A stretch of DNA of 64,000 nt from Myxococcota bacterium (GCA_963676915.2 CAXXVK010000001.1:1-64000); one strand, 5' to 3'; shown: positions 19,158 through 30,922, numbered from the stretch's first letter. Program-made: numbers and translations. The notes: generated from the sequence alone by a model not told the origin.

Positions 19158-21305
19158 ATGCGTGCTGTACAACATCCGTGGTTTTCGATCCTTTTCCTTC
19201 TCCTTGCTTTGTCTCTGACACACTGCGACGACTCCGGCAGCGTGATGGGAGGAGCTTGGAACGATACCGGTGACGTGGATCAGTCGCTTCCGAACGCCGA
19301 CGACGACGAAGCCGCCGATGGGGATCTCGAGGATGATGGGGAAGCCGAGGAAATCGCCGACTATCCCGAAATCTCAGAGCATTCCGAGAACGAAGATTTT
19401 GAGAACGTCGACGACTCTACCGAAGAGGTCGAAGCGGACGACGAATGCACGATAGACGAAGACTGCGCTTTCGGCTATGCCTGTGAAAACGGGGCGTGCA
19501 TTAGCGCCAACGAATGCGAAGTGGACCTGGATTGCGAAAGCTACGAAAGCTGTGAAGACGGCGTGCAGTGGAAAATCTGCGCTCTGCTCGAAAACGAGTG
19601 TGAGACCAGCGACGACTGCGACTACGGACTTACCTGCATCTCCGGTCCTGGTGGCGTGAAAATCTGCGAAGCCATCGACCAGTGCCATTCCGACAGCGAA
19701 TGTCCCGACGATTACGAGTGCCTCCAGACGGCAGAAGGTTATCGTTGCCTCCCCATTTCTCAGGAATGCCAAAACGACGAAGACTGCCCCGACGGTATGT
19801 ACTGCTTGCCCTCGCCGGGTGGTACCAACGCCTGTATTCTGCTGGACGAATGCAGCGACGATGGCGATTGCGAACTCAACGAAGATTGCCTGGACGTCGA
19901 CGGCACCTTCAAATGCGTTCCCCGCACGGACGAATGCCAGACAAACGATGATTGCGAATATGGCCTGACCTGCATTTCGGGTCCGGGAGGCGTGATGGTT
20001 TGCGAAGCCATCGACGAATGCCAGTCCGACAACGATTGCAGCGATGGAAAAGAATGCGTTCTGACCAGCGAAGGCCGCCGTTGCCGTGGCCAGGATCACG
20101 AATGCGACGACGACGAAGATTGCCCCGATGGTCAATTCTGCCGTGAAAACGATGAGTTACTACGCGTCTGCACCACTGACAACGAATGCGACAACGACGA
20201 AGACTGCCCGGATGGGCAAATCTGCGCCACGTCTTCCGACGGCAATCATTGCCAGGAAGCCTCGGAGGATGCCTGCCAGGTTCATACGGATTGCGAGTTC
20301 GGTTATTCCTGCGACACCGATGCCAATCCCAACCGTTGCGTCTATGCCAGCGAATGCACGACCGATGGGGATTGCGGGGCGTTGGATCTCTGTCAGACAA
20401 CGGAGAACTGGAAGGAATGCCAGTTCAACACCTCGATGGACACCTGTAGCAGTGACGCCGATTGTGCCACCGACGAATACTGCGAAATCGTCGCGTTGGG
20501 TATCGGGCGCTGCAAGTCGCTCAACGAATGCGAAGCCGATGCCGAATGCCCGGACGGCTACGTTTGCGAAAGCAACGGCACGTACAACGAATGTGTCGAG
20601 GAATTCCCCTGTCAGACCGATTCGGACTGTGACTACGGCTTCCGCTGCGTCGTTCAGGAACCGCGCAATACCTGCGAATACGCTAACGAATGCGCCACCA
20701 ACGACGATTGCCAGATTTGGGAAGTCTGCTCCGAAGGCGAGCAATGGAACGAATGCTCTTTCAATACCTCGCCGGAGTTCTGCTCGGACAGCAATCCCTG
20801 CCCGGAAGGCTATACCTGCAACGTGATTTTCGGGGGGTACGGAACCTGCGAATCCCTCAATGAGTGTCTGGTGGACGAAGACTGCCCCGATGGCAAAGCC
20901 TGCCGGGAACATGAAAGCGGTCTGTACAACGTCTGCGAAATCGCCAATCCGCAAAGCTGCTTCCTCGACCTTCAATGTAACGACGATTGGAAATGTATCG
21001 ATGGCGTCTGCCAGCCTCTGGGTAACGGACTGTGCCCGGAAGTGGAAGGCGAATGGGATATCGTGTTGTCCACCTGCCTGGGGATTACGACCGGCTCGAC
21101 CCTCACCTTACTGGCCGATGAGGATTGCGCAGGGTCGATCGAAAGCCCGAACCTGCCCATCGCGACGGGAAGTTTCAGTCAGACCGGCGATAACACCTAT
21201 GATATCACCATGATGCTGATCTACTCCTGCACGGGAACCGTCACCCTGAACCGCCTGATGAGCATCGACTGTGGTTCCTGCACCATCACTGCAAGTATGC
21301 TGTAA
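19158..21305 (+). CDS. Cys-rich repeat surface lipoprotein
   Basis: Lipobox LTHC, acidic linker, many C-x2-D-x-D/E-C-x4/5-C modules; start at ATG 19158 after GAGGTG. Confidence 0.85.
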   Translation: MRAVQHPWFSILFLLLALSLTHCDDSGSVMGGAWNDTGDVDQSLPNADDDEAADGDLEDDGEAEEIADYPEISEHSENEDFENVDDSTEEVEADDECTIDEDCAFGYACENGACISANECEVDLDCESYESCEDGVQWKICALLENECETSDDCDYGLTCISGPGGVKICEAIDQCHSDSECPDDYECLQTAEGYRCLPISQECQNDEDCPDGMYCLPSPGGTNACILLDECSDDGDCELNEDCLDVDGTFKCVPRTDECQTNDDCEYGLTCISGPGGVMVCEAIDECQSDNDCSDGKECVLTSEGRRCRGQDHECDDDEDCPDGQFCRENDELLRVCTTDNECDNDEDCPDGQICATSSDGNHCQEASEDACQVHTDCEFGYSCDTDANPNRCVYASECTTDGDCGALDLCQTTENWKECQFNTSMDTCSSDADCATDEYCEIVALGIGRCKSLNECEADAECPDGYVCESNGTYNECVEEFPCQTDSDCDYGFRCVVQEPRNTCEYANECATNDDCQIWEVCSEGEQWNECSFNTSPEFCSDSNPCPEGYTCNVIFGGYGTCESLNECLVDEDCPDGKACREHESGLYNVCEIANPQSCFLDLQCNDDWKCIDGVCQPLGNGLCPEVEGEWDIVLSTCLGITTGSTLTLLADEDCAGSIESPNLPIATGSFSQTGDNTYDITMMLIYSCTGTVTLNRLMSIDCGSCTITASML

Positions 21306-21504
21306 GAAAGGCGGCGGCGGGGGGAAGGTTGTCGGGGATTTTTATAGCCGATACACTTCTTTTCTCCAGTTTGTCAGGCGACGCTCTCGCACCCGATCAC
21401 GTGCATCCTCCCAGACATGTCGCATCACGATCTTTACGTGATTCCGAGAGCGCGTACAGGAAGCCAACAAGGGACAATCCACGCACCTGCCACCATCCGA
21501 AACT

Positions 21505-21585
21505 TGCTCCCGGTATTCGCCTTGTCGTCCACCGTGCGATGGTCCAGGTAAAAAAGCCCTGCGGCTTGCCTTTTCGCGCCTGAAA
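21505..21585 (-). pseudogene. IS1182-family transposase remnant
   Basis: RKGKPQGFF and FYLDHRTVDDKAN in adjacent minus frames reconstruct the GKPxGFFYLDHRTVD motif, split by a frameshift in a homopolymer. Confidence 0.6.
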
Positions 21586-21690
21586 GTCGCCTGAACCTTC
21601 TACAACTCGCCGAAAAACTCGGCAATGTCTCGAAAGCCTGCCGCATGGAAAACGTATCACGCAGCCCGTTTTACAAGTACAAACGCGCTG
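21585..21690 (+). pseudogene. IS481-family transposase N-terminal remnant
   Basis: Translates RLNLLQLAEKLGNVSKACRMENVSRSPFYKYKR, the HTH start of IS481 transposases; no integrase core follows. Confidence 0.7.
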
Positions 21691-21749
21691 GCTGCTTTTT
21701 AAAAACCCTGAGAATCTGGACGAGAGCCGAGGCGAACGAAAACGTCTGG

Positions 21750-21995
21750 AAGCTTGTCGAACAACTGCTGATGGTGGAACCCGCGCCGAAAGTGATCATG
21801 TTTTCCATGTACGAGGAAGACATTCGAACGCGGGATTGATATCGATCAATCACCCGCAAACCAGCTTACCAACCGTGAGCTTCAGGTGGTCCACACTAAG
21901 GGGGGCACAGCACGAGGGTGGAAGTTATAGAACCGGTCTTCGAAAATGTGGCTGAGGGTTTGGTCGAAAAGCACCTATTTGAAAGACTGTACATC
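21750..21995 (+). pseudogene. Degraded NarL/LuxR-type response regulator
   Basis: Receiver-like PKVIMFSMYEE, then out-of-frame HTH pieces LTNRELQVV (21865-21891) and GHSTR. Confidence 0.55.
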
Positions 21996-22409
21996 GAGTT
22001 AGCCTGTCTTTGTGCTTGACATCTTTCTCTGCGTTTGTATACTTTTATGTAGGTTGTATTTCATCTATTTGATTCACCTTCAAGTCTTTTCAATATGCAG
22101 ATGTAAAGCATTCTGAGAATCACCTAACGCATATTGTGCTGTTTGTAATCCTATTGCTGTTTGTTACGCGTTTGGGAAACCAACTGACTTCTACTATCAA
22201 TTTAGCGATTATATGGCGCTTATACGCACGGACAATTGCCCTGCTCCCTATAACTTCCTTACGAATGATGGCACTACCGGGTTGGCTGTTGGTAGCGAAA
22301 GGAAAGGTGAAAGTGCAACCTGTGGAGCCAAAATAGATGTGACAAACAGCATAACAGGCACTTGGAATCCTGCAACTTCCCAGGCGAATTGTACGTCGCC
22401 GTAAAAAAC

Positions 22410-24790
22410 ATGAAAAATAAAGACGACATTTTCAATGGTATAGCAGTGCGGAGATTGGTCTCCGCACTGTTTCTTGCATTGCCACTCCTGGCAGGGGGAG
22501 GATGTGGCAATAGCGGTCAGACGCAAACTATCGGTGATTTCGATGCCGTGGATATCACGGATACAAATGATGAAGAGGTGGATAACTTCGACGATGACGA
22601 CTTTGACTCAATCGTAGACAAAGACTCGGAATTGGTCGAAGAGACTGATGAATACATAAAAGAAGATGAGGAGATATCCGACATCGAAGAATTGGACAAC
22701 GATGAACCCGATTCGGAAATCTGCTTGGCAAGCGATCCTCAGATATATCCCAATGGCTTCGAATGCTCCCTGCCGGAAAGGAAGCTCAGCCGTTGGATCC
22801 TTGATTTCCCCAGGATGTTTCCGGAGGGAGCTTGGACACATGTGGAGCATTCTTACGACGAAACCGTTGTTTTTAGCGGGAGCGGAAACATCACACTGAT
22901 TCCACCCGGAGAAGAACCGACGACGTTTTTTCCTGAAAATGTATGGGTTCTTCATGCTGTAGAAGGCGACCATGGAGAATGGTACGCTGCAGGTGGCACA
23001 CCACGAGGAAACGCACTTTTTCGTTTTCAGGAAGGTGACAGTCAATGGCAATGGGAGTTTGCAAATTTTAACGGTGGACCACACATAGCCTACTATCTCG
23101 ATGTGGACTCCAACGGAACCGTATGGTCTTTTGGCACAGGACAATTTCAGAGTTTCACGCGCTGGGATGGAAATGAGGCCAAAACGGTTCAAACGCCCGA
23201 TTTTACCGAAGAAACGGCATATACTTCTTCGGACAGACTCTTTGAATGCGGAGGAAGAACCTATTTCTTCGGCAGCATGAAACGTCCCGGCTATCCAAAG
23301 TTAACGGCTACAATCTTCAGATTGGCGGAAGACGAGGATACTCTGGAGGTTGTATGGCAGGGGCCGTACGAAAACTTTTTTTCAGAACTATATTCTGCCA
23401 CGATCCAACCGGAAACCTGTGAATTCTATGCGGGAGGCCCCAATCTTCATGTGGAAGGAGTGCTGAGCGATCCAGTGAGCATTGTTTCCTATATACCTTC
23501 CGGTGAGATTGGAAATCATCAGCCTTCGATGTCTTGGAAGGATTGGTCCACCGGAATCGTATACGGCTTAATGGAAATATACCCCAACAATCCCAACAAC
23601 GATGGGGCTTCGCTTTTCTTCATCAAACGACCTGGAATGGAAGATTTCGAAGGCATAGAGCCTACCTGGCCTTGTACCGGCTATGGTGGTTGGGCGGCAT
23701 ACCAAATGTATGGTCTGGGCGTGGATAGCCTCTATGCCCCTGGCGCGTTTGGACACTTCAAGTACAATCCCCAGGAAACCCGCTGGGAATTGGTGTATCG
23801 CCATCCCTTATTGGCCTTGCCGGGCTACCAATCTCATGCCTACGTGCGTTCGTTGGCGGTGCATACCGCCTGTGATGACCGATTCCGGGTGCACGTTACA
23901 GGCTTTCGACTCCCCGTGATACGGCGCACCGATTGCCATGAATGGGAAGAAGCCTATCCCAATTCCGAAGGGGCTATGGCTCTTTACGACGACGGAAAAG
24001 AAATCTGGGTCGTAGGCGAACGACCGGAAGTGATCCATGGAATCGGCAACGAATGGTCGAGCATCCAAGGCCCTACTTCCGAGTGGCTCGAAGGCCGGAG
24101 CGTCCTGCGCGTTCACGATGGTGGCCTTTACGTAGTGGGAATTTACGACGAATACGGAGAGGACAGTCGATTGTACTATACCTCTGATCCTCAAGCGGAA
24201 CCATTGGTGTGGGAAGAAGTGAAGGGCATCCAGTTTCCCAATAAATTCAAGCCGATACGCTTGCTTTCCTCTGGCGGGCAGGCGTATGTTCAGGTCAACA
24301 ACATGGTTTACTACGAACCCGATTCCACACAACTCTACCTGTTGCAAGGAGCCACCGCCAAGCTCTATGTGGAATTCCCGAAGATGGGCAGTACCGGACG
24401 CACGACGACCGTCTGTTCTTCTGCAATGAAGAGGGCGTTCGAGAAATCAGTGGCCAGGGGGAGACATCCATCGAAGAGGTCGTTCCACAGATCGAGTACA
24501 GCGGTAGTCCAGTGAATCTCCAGGATGCCGTCCAAATGCCGGACGGCCGGTGGATTGTTGCTCCCGGTCCGTATGAATACGATCCGACGACCGGGGAATT
24601 GGATCATATTTTCGCAACATCGGCCCATTACTACCCTGGGTACAATGATCGATATCCTTACATCTGGGATTTCGAAACGGATGGGAACGTACTTGAATTG
24701 GCCCTTTTACCTACTGGGGAAGTCCTTGCCGCCGGGATGTCCGGGCAGATTCTGATACGAACGACGGATGCCGAGTGGTTAGGACGCTGA
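22410..24790 (+). pseudogene. Beta-propeller-like lipoprotein, frameshifted near 24380 (or sequencing error)
   Basis: Lipobox GGGC plus acidic linker; after EFP the protein-like sequence continues in another frame (DGQYRTHDDRLFFCNEEG...) directly into ORF 24512-24790. Confidence 0.7.
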
Positions 24791-24960
24791 TTACTTACTT
24801 TCTTCAAAATTGATGGGGATGAGTCAGCCTATGCTCTGATCACACCTATTAAATACTTGAAAAGACAACTATGATCGTGTTACTTTTTGAAACCTTTCAT
24901 TTTCAAAATAGACTATCAGGAAGTCACTTTGTTACTTTTTCTTACCTTTTGGAGCATGTG

Positions 24961-27900
24961 ATGCGATTTGCGACTTTGAGCCTGTTGGTGATGCTGATTC
25001 TCTTAGTACTTTTACCGGCATGTTCCTCCTCCAATATGACAGGTGTCGATGGTGACAACGATGCAGTCGAAGGTGTTGACGACTCGACCGATGGTGACAA
25101 CGATATTGTCGAAAATGATGATGATCCCACCGAAGATGATAGCGATATAACCGAAGAGAATGACAATACGGCTTCTCTGTCACGCGTAACGGGGTCGGCC
25201 TATCTTGTGGGCCAGAGCGATCATAGTGGCATCGGCATATGGCTTCTTTTGGACGATACCGTTTACGCCCAGACCGACACGGAAGTCAGTGGCGTCTATG
25301 TATTTGAAAATGTGGAAGCCGGAACCTATCGGTTAATAGCCGAGTGGGGTGATTACACCGTGGAGCTAACCGTGGAAACCGATGTGGTGGTAGATGTAGG
25401 TAAAAATACCCGGGCAGATGACCTGGAACTGACTCCGACGGGCGATATAGACGGAACGGCCTCCCTGAATTCTGCGACGAGCGGCAATCTCGGAATCGAA
25501 GTTTTTTTGGCCGGATATTCGTATGGCGGCTACACTAACGACAGTGGCGACTACCTATTAAGCCGTATTCCGGTGGGGCAATACACCCTTTGCGCCCGTT
25601 ATGATGGCTATGTGATGGAATGTAGGGAAAACGTGGAGGTTCTAGCCGGCCAAGTCACCAACGCTTCGGCAATCGCGCTCGAACTCGACGACATCGCCAC
25701 CCCGCAATACACTTCGATCAGTGGTACGATCAAGATGGTCGGCGAAGACGACAACAGCGGGATCGTTGTGGAACTTCTGGGTACAAACAACAGTACCACG
25801 ACAAATAACGATGGAGAATTCAACCTGACTCAAATCGTGCAAGGCTCCTACGAAATCGCTTTCAGCGCACCGGATGAAAGCGGCTACGATATGGGCGCAA
25901 CATTGTACGATTATCGTCTTTTTGCAGGCATTCCGGATTCGACCTTGCCGGAACTGGTGCTGTTTTACGGGCAGAATCTGGCCGATTTCGGGCCATCAGG
26001 CGATTCAATATCAACAGTCCAGACCTATCCGGATACCAGCCTCGCCGTTTTCCTCAACGGCGACACCCTTTACGCCCTCAACGTGGATAGCGCCACACTC
26101 ACCTGGCTTGCGGATGGCGCTATTAGCTTCACTCTTGCTCCTGACGGCGGCAGCGTCATTTACCACAGCGAAGACGAATATTTGTACGCTGTTTCCACTC
26201 TGGGCGGAACGCCCGTGGAGTTGAGCTGGTACTCTTCCTTGGAAGCGTTGTTTCCAAACGAATCCTACGAGATACAAGACGATTCAAGTCACATCCTGAT
26301 CCAAAATGAAAACGATGATCTCACCATAATGGCTCTTGACGGTAGCGGCGAAACCCTCCTGGCCTCAGACGTTCAGGCCTACGACATCAACTCGGACTGG
26401 TCGAAAGTGCTCTATTTGACAGAAGAATCCGAGCTTTACGTCATTGCGACAACGGGTGGATTGCCGTTGAAACTGGCCGAGGACGTAAAGAATTATCAGC
26501 TTGACTCCGATTGGGATTACATACTTGCAGAAGATCATACAAGTACATTGCGCTCGGTTTCGTTGACGACAGCCACCAGTTATGAAATGGGACGCTACAT
26601 TATTGATTATGAAGCGGTGGACAACTGGAACCGCGTGATCATGACCCACAGCGACTACACCTTAAGCAGTGCAGCAATCGATGGCAGCGGACAAGCCCTG
26701 CTGGGATTTAGAAGTCCCTATTCGAGTTACGATGACTTCCCGTTCGAATACCTTCCCAATCTCGATCGTGTTCTGTATATGCACACGTCGAACCGTTTTA
26801 ACAGTAAATACAACCTTTCAAGTACACCCGTCACTGGAAACGGCAAACAATGGGTATACCAGAGCGACCTTTCAATCAGTCATGCGATATTTATCAATGA
26901 CGGAAGCCGCATGTTATGGCGAGACAGTAATGATTGCTCTTATCTGACGGATTTTTCCACCAACACGCAACAGGAAATCGTATGTGAATATTCTGCTGAG
27001 CATTACAAACTAAACTCATCCAGGACGGCATTGGTTACTTATCAAAATTCTCAATCTTTGGCCCTGTACGACCTGAATACAATGAATTCGATCGACCTAC
27101 CAGAAGAAATTACATCATATTCTTTCAGCAAAGATGGGGATACGCTCGTGTATCTAACAAACAGTCTGGACTCCAAAAGTCTCTATGCCCAGCCTGTATC
27201 CGGTGGGAGCGCGGTATTTTTATCAGATCTTGTATACAAATATCAAATCAGCCCGGACAGTCAAACCGTCATTTATAGAAGTACAGATAGCAGTTCCAAT
27301 GCATATAGCATTCCCATTTCCGGCGGCTCGGCCACGGAGCTTACAAATATCAGACAGTTCCCTGATGATCAAACCATCACTTCCGATTCACAATGGATCA
27401 TTGGGAATTGTTACAGCAGTATCAACAAACTATGCAAATGGTCCATCAGTGGTGGCGATCCAATTGAAATGGCAGATTGCAACCGTTACTATTGTGAAAG
27501 TCGGATTACACCGGATTCCCAGTGGGTTCTATTCTGGGACAACCAAAACATTTTGCAATCAATGCCAGTATCAGGAGGAAGTATTACCACTCTGTCATCT
27601 CTGTTTTTACGATATGGCGATGTGGCTATCAGTCCGAACAGCGAATACGTGGTTTATTCTGCTGAGGATTCGGGGAACAAATTGATGTCTTGTCCCGTTG
27701 CGGGAGGTGCTGAAGTAGAGTTAGGAGCAAATGATTCATTTACCAGCAGTTCCATCGATTATGTTCAGTTCACTAGCGATTCCGAGCAGGTCATTTACTA
27801 TATTTCTGGTGACAACTACTATCGTGTACCGGTCGAAGGGGGGATTGCCACCCCGATCATCGAAAATGATATTTCTCCAAGTATTTCTTACACCTTTTCA

Positions 27901-28977
27901 CCGGATGGCAGCCATATTTTGTTCAATGGTTATCTTGTACCTTTTGAAGGCGGCGCAGCCAAAATGGCGTACTATGGATCGAATGGCACTAAATTTGTCG
28001 GTTCGGGCTGCGACCTTTACACCGCAACCAACAATAGCGTTATCTCCGTCCCTTGCGTAGATACGGAAGATGTCCTTATCAATAGCGCTGGATCCGTCAA
28101 TAGCCATGCTGTAAGCCCCGACCAGACAATGATCGGTTACAATACAGGTTACAACTTTCATACGGCGCTTACTCTGACCGGCGAGGAAATATTTGCATCG
28201 GACTACCAGTCAGGCGGTTGCATTTTCTCCCCCGATGGGAGTCAACTTTTGTATTATTCCGTATCAGGGTTAGGCGAATTCTCATTATACATCGTTTCCA
28301 GTACGGGCGGCACGCCGACCTTGCTCGGAACAAACTTCAAAGCAATTGCCGTCAACTCGGATTGGTCCTACGTAGTCTGTATCCATGAAACCGATTCCGG
28401 TCAGTTCCTTGTTTCAGCTAAATTGAGTGACGCAACCCTAACTACTTTGAGCAGCAATCCGTACGACTTCGAAATCCATGAAGCCAGCCAGAGGGTGTTT
28501 TACCGGGTCAGGGACTCCGAATCCAATACCTTTTCGCTGCACTCAATTCCCATCGAGGGTGGAACAGCCGCCACAATTGCGGAAAACGTGACGAACCATT
28601 TTATTGTAGAAGCGGATACGCCTCGCTTTGTAATTGAAACCGGAACCGAAGACAACATCACCCTGCTAAGCGCTGCTATCGACGGCTCGGAAGTCAACGT
28701 TTTGGGGCAGGATGTGCAGGACTACCACGTCACATCAAACATGACCCACATTTATTTCGAGTGGAAAGATGCCACCGGTTTGGATTCGAATTTCAGCGCC
28801 GCCAAGCTCGACGGCTCTGAACTGCGGTATATCGGAAACTCTAACTATACGCATTTCAACTGGAATGCAGTGGAAATGGGCACACGATCCTTTATGTTGT
28901 ACCAATTCCCCTTCGAGGTCAGCACCGATTACTACACGGGTTCCAGTTATCGCTTGAACCTGGTTGAGTTGCCATAG
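24961..28977 (+). CDS. Large lipoprotein: carboxypeptidase-regulatory-like beta-sandwiches plus TolB-like propeller repeats
   Basis: Lipobox LPAC, DGD linker, three T..G.Y.F..V..G.Y.L modules, repeated SPD(G/S)..V.Y..LYS.PV.GG blades. Confidence 0.85.
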   Translation: MRFATLSLLVMLILLVLLPACSSSNMTGVDGDNDAVEGVDDSTDGDNDIVENDDDPTEDDSDITEENDNTASLSRVTGSAYLVGQSDHSGIGIWLLLDDTVYAQTDTEVSGVYVFENVEAGTYRLIAEWGDYTVELTVETDVVVDVGKNTRADDLELTPTGDIDGTASLNSATSGNLGIEVFLAGYSYGGYTNDSGDYLLSRIPVGQYTLCARYDGYVMECRENVEVLAGQVTNASAIALELDDIATPQYTSISGTIKMVGEDDNSGIVVELLGTNNSTTTNNDGEFNLTQIVQGSYEIAFSAPDESGYDMGATLYDYRLFAGIPDSTLPELVLFYGQNLADFGPSGDSISTVQTYPDTSLAVFLNGDTLYALNVDSATLTWLADGAISFTLAPDGGSVIYHSEDEYLYAVSTLGGTPVELSWYSSLEALFPNESYEIQDDSSHILIQNENDDLTIMALDGSGETLLASDVQAYDINSDWSKVLYLTEESELYVIATTGGLPLKLAEDVKNYQLDSDWDYILAEDHTSTLRSVSLTTATSYEMGRYIIDYEAVDNWNRVIMTHSDYTLSSAAIDGSGQALLGFRSPYSSYDDFPFEYLPNLDRVLYMHTSNRFNSKYNLSSTPVTGNGKQWVYQSDLSISHAIFINDGSRMLWRDSNDCSYLTDFSTNTQQEIVCEYSAEHYKLNSSRTALVTYQNSQSLALYDLNTMNSIDLPEEITSYSFSKDGDTLVYLTNSLDSKSLYAQPVSGGSAVFLSDLVYKYQISPDSQTVIYRSTDSSSNAYSIPISGGSATELTNIRQFPDDQTITSDSQWIIGNCYSSINKLCKWSISGGDPIEMADCNRYYCESRITPDSQWVLFWDNQNILQSMPVSGGSITTLSSLFLRYGDVAISPNSEYVVYSAEDSGNKLMSCPVAGGAEVELGANDSFTSSSIDYVQFTSDSEQVIYYISGDNYYRVPVEGGIATPIIENDISPSISYTFSPDGSHILFNGYLVPFEGGAAKMAYYGSNGTKFVGSGCDLYTATNNSVISVPCVDTEDVLINSAGSVNSHAVSPDQTMIGYNTGYNFHTALTLTGEEIFASDYQSGGCIFSPDGSQLLYYSVSGLGEFSLYIVSSTGGTPTLLGTNFKAIAVNSDWSYVVCIHETDSGQFLVSAKLSDATLTTLSSNPYDFEIHEASQRVFYRVRDSESNTFSLHSIPIEGGTAATIAENVTNHFIVEADTPRFVIETGTEDNITLLSAAIDGSEVNVLGQDVQDYHVTSNMTHIYFEWKDATGLDSNFSAAKLDGSELRYIGNSNYTHFNWNAVEMGTRSFMLYQFPFEVSTDYYTGSSYRLNLVELP

Positions 28978-29436
28978 TCGGAATAGTCGTGTTTCACCCT
29001 GTTTGCAAGAAACCCAATGCGGAGGAACGCCGCGTTTGCCTCAAAAAAACATAGAACATATATATGTTCCATACCGAAATCAATCTTCAAATCATTGACT
29101 CAGTTGTCGCATTATCTCGTTCCCATCCCGCACGGATTACTCCGGGACCGGGCTATACTCGGTTCCAGCTGCCTGGAGACCATGTCGAGTGGAATTTGTA
29201 AGTGGATTCAATATTTCAAGAGCTATTGCCTGTTTCAATCAGCAGGAAATAACTGTTTGTTTGGAAATCATTAAATCATCTGCTTAGTCTAATTTTCACA
29301 ATTCCCGCACGATCCTTTAACGTTCCGCATTCACATTGCAGATCACTTTTCATGATTGAAGAGACATCGTGAATACTAACCCCATTCACGAAAGCGACAA
29401 GTCAAACACATTCGAATTGGGGAGGCAGGAGAAAAC

Positions 29437-30843
29437 ATGCAAAGGCATCTTTTTATGAGGAGAAATGCAATGATGATTCGAAAATCGTATTTTTTGTTAT
29501 CTATTCTCGTTTTTTCACTCCTATTCGTCACGGCCTGTGGTGGGGATGATGACGAAACCGGAGGGACGGGGAACAGTGGCGACTGTGAGGGGAATGTCTG
29601 CTATCTTTCCGGAACGATTACCGAAAACATGACCTTGACCCCGGACAAGCAATGGGTGCTTCGCGGCGGTGTTTTTATCGGCAACGATATTGACGAAACC
29701 ATTCTCACCATTCAACCCGGTACGACGGTCTACGGGGAAGCCAGCACCATCGGAATGCTGGTCATTCGCCGGGGAAGCAAACTGATGGCCGAGGGAACCG
29801 CTGATGCTCCCATCGTGTTTACCAGCGCCCAGCAGGACGGCTCCCGCGCTCGTGGCGACTGGGGCGGGCTGATCATCAACGGACGCGCGCCCATCAACGG
29901 CTGTGAAGAAGAAGATTCGACCGACGGTGCGTGCGAAGCTTTGGGCGAAGGCGGTACGGGATACTACGGCGGCTCCAATCCCGACGACAACAGCGGCGTA
30001 CTGCGTTACGTTCGCGTGGAATTCGCCGGACACATTCTCAGCCCGGACAACGAGCTCAACGGTATCGCTTTCCAGGGTGTGGGACGAGGCACGACCGTCG
30101 AATACATCCAGGTCCACATGAACAAAGACGATGGTGTGGAATTCTTCGGTGGCACGGCTGAAGCCAAGTACATTCTCGTAACGGGCGCTGCGGACGATTG
30201 TTTCGACTGGACCGACGGATGGATCGGAAAAGCCCAGTTCGTTCTGCTGCAACAGTACGATGGAGCAGGAGACCAGGGTATCGAAGCCGATAACAACGGC
30301 GAAGACAACGCCGCCACGCCACGATCCCATCCTACACTCGCCAACTTCACTATCGTCGGTTCTCCCGATAGCGAGGCGTCCGATCTCGGCGTGCTGCTTC
30401 GCGAAGGCACCGCCGCGAATCTGTACAACTTCATCGTTACCGGATTCAACGATGCCTGCCTGGACATCGACCACGAGGAAACCTTCACGATTTCCGGCGC
30501 TCCCGACAGCTTGACGGGCGATGTCACCATGGAATCCAGTATCATTTCCTGTGCCACAAACTATGAAATGAACGACGAAGAAGACGAAGACGAAAATAAA
30601 ATCGACGATCCCTGGAGCCTGGAAAATTGGTTCACCGGTCAGACAGGCAACCAGGCCACCGATCCCATGTTGACCACTCCGTACGACGAAGTGGCCCCGA
30701 ACTTCGCACCGGCGGACGGTTCTCCTGCCCTGAGCGGTGCAACTTTCCCGGCGGACGATTTCTTCGATCAGGTGGACTACCTTGGCGGTGTCGATCCCCA
30801 AAGCGACTGGACCGAAGGCTGGCCCACTCACGCTGCCAACTAA
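29437..30843 (+). CDS. Acidic beta-helix-type lipoprotein associated with TonB-dependent receptors
   Basis: Lipobox VTAC; GDWGGLII, DNSGVLRYVRVEFAG, NELNG..GVGRGT, DDGVEFFGG motifs. Alternative start 29470. Confidence 0.8.
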   Translation: MQRHLFMRRNAMMIRKSYFLLSILVFSLLFVTACGGDDDETGGTGNSGDCEGNVCYLSGTITENMTLTPDKQWVLRGGVFIGNDIDETILTIQPGTTVYGEASTIGMLVIRRGSKLMAEGTADAPIVFTSAQQDGSRARGDWGGLIINGRAPINGCEEEDSTDGACEALGEGGTGYYGGSNPDDNSGVLRYVRVEFAGHILSPDNELNGIAFQGVGRGTTVEYIQVHMNKDDGVEFFGGTAEAKYILVTGAADDCFDWTDGWIGKAQFVLLQQYDGAGDQGIEADNNGEDNAATPRSHPTLANFTIVGSPDSEASDLGVLLREGTAANLYNFIVTGFNDACLDIDHEETFTISGAPDSLTGDVTMESSIISCATNYEMNDEEDEDENKIDDPWSLENWFTGQTGNQATDPMLTTPYDEVAPNFAPADGSPALSGATFPADDFFDQVDYLGGVDPQSDWTEGWPTHAAN

Positions 30844-30865
30844 TCAGCCAATCAAATATTTTATC

Positions 30866-30906
30866 GGAATAAAATGGAGCATTCCGCTCCATTTTATTCC
30901 TTTTTA
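30866..30906 (+). terminator. Intra-operon hairpin/terminator
   Basis: GGAATAAAATGGAGC-ATTCC-GCTCCATTTTATTCC perfect 15-bp stem followed by T6. Confidence 0.7.
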
Positions 30907-30922
30907 AAAAGCCAATCGAACC

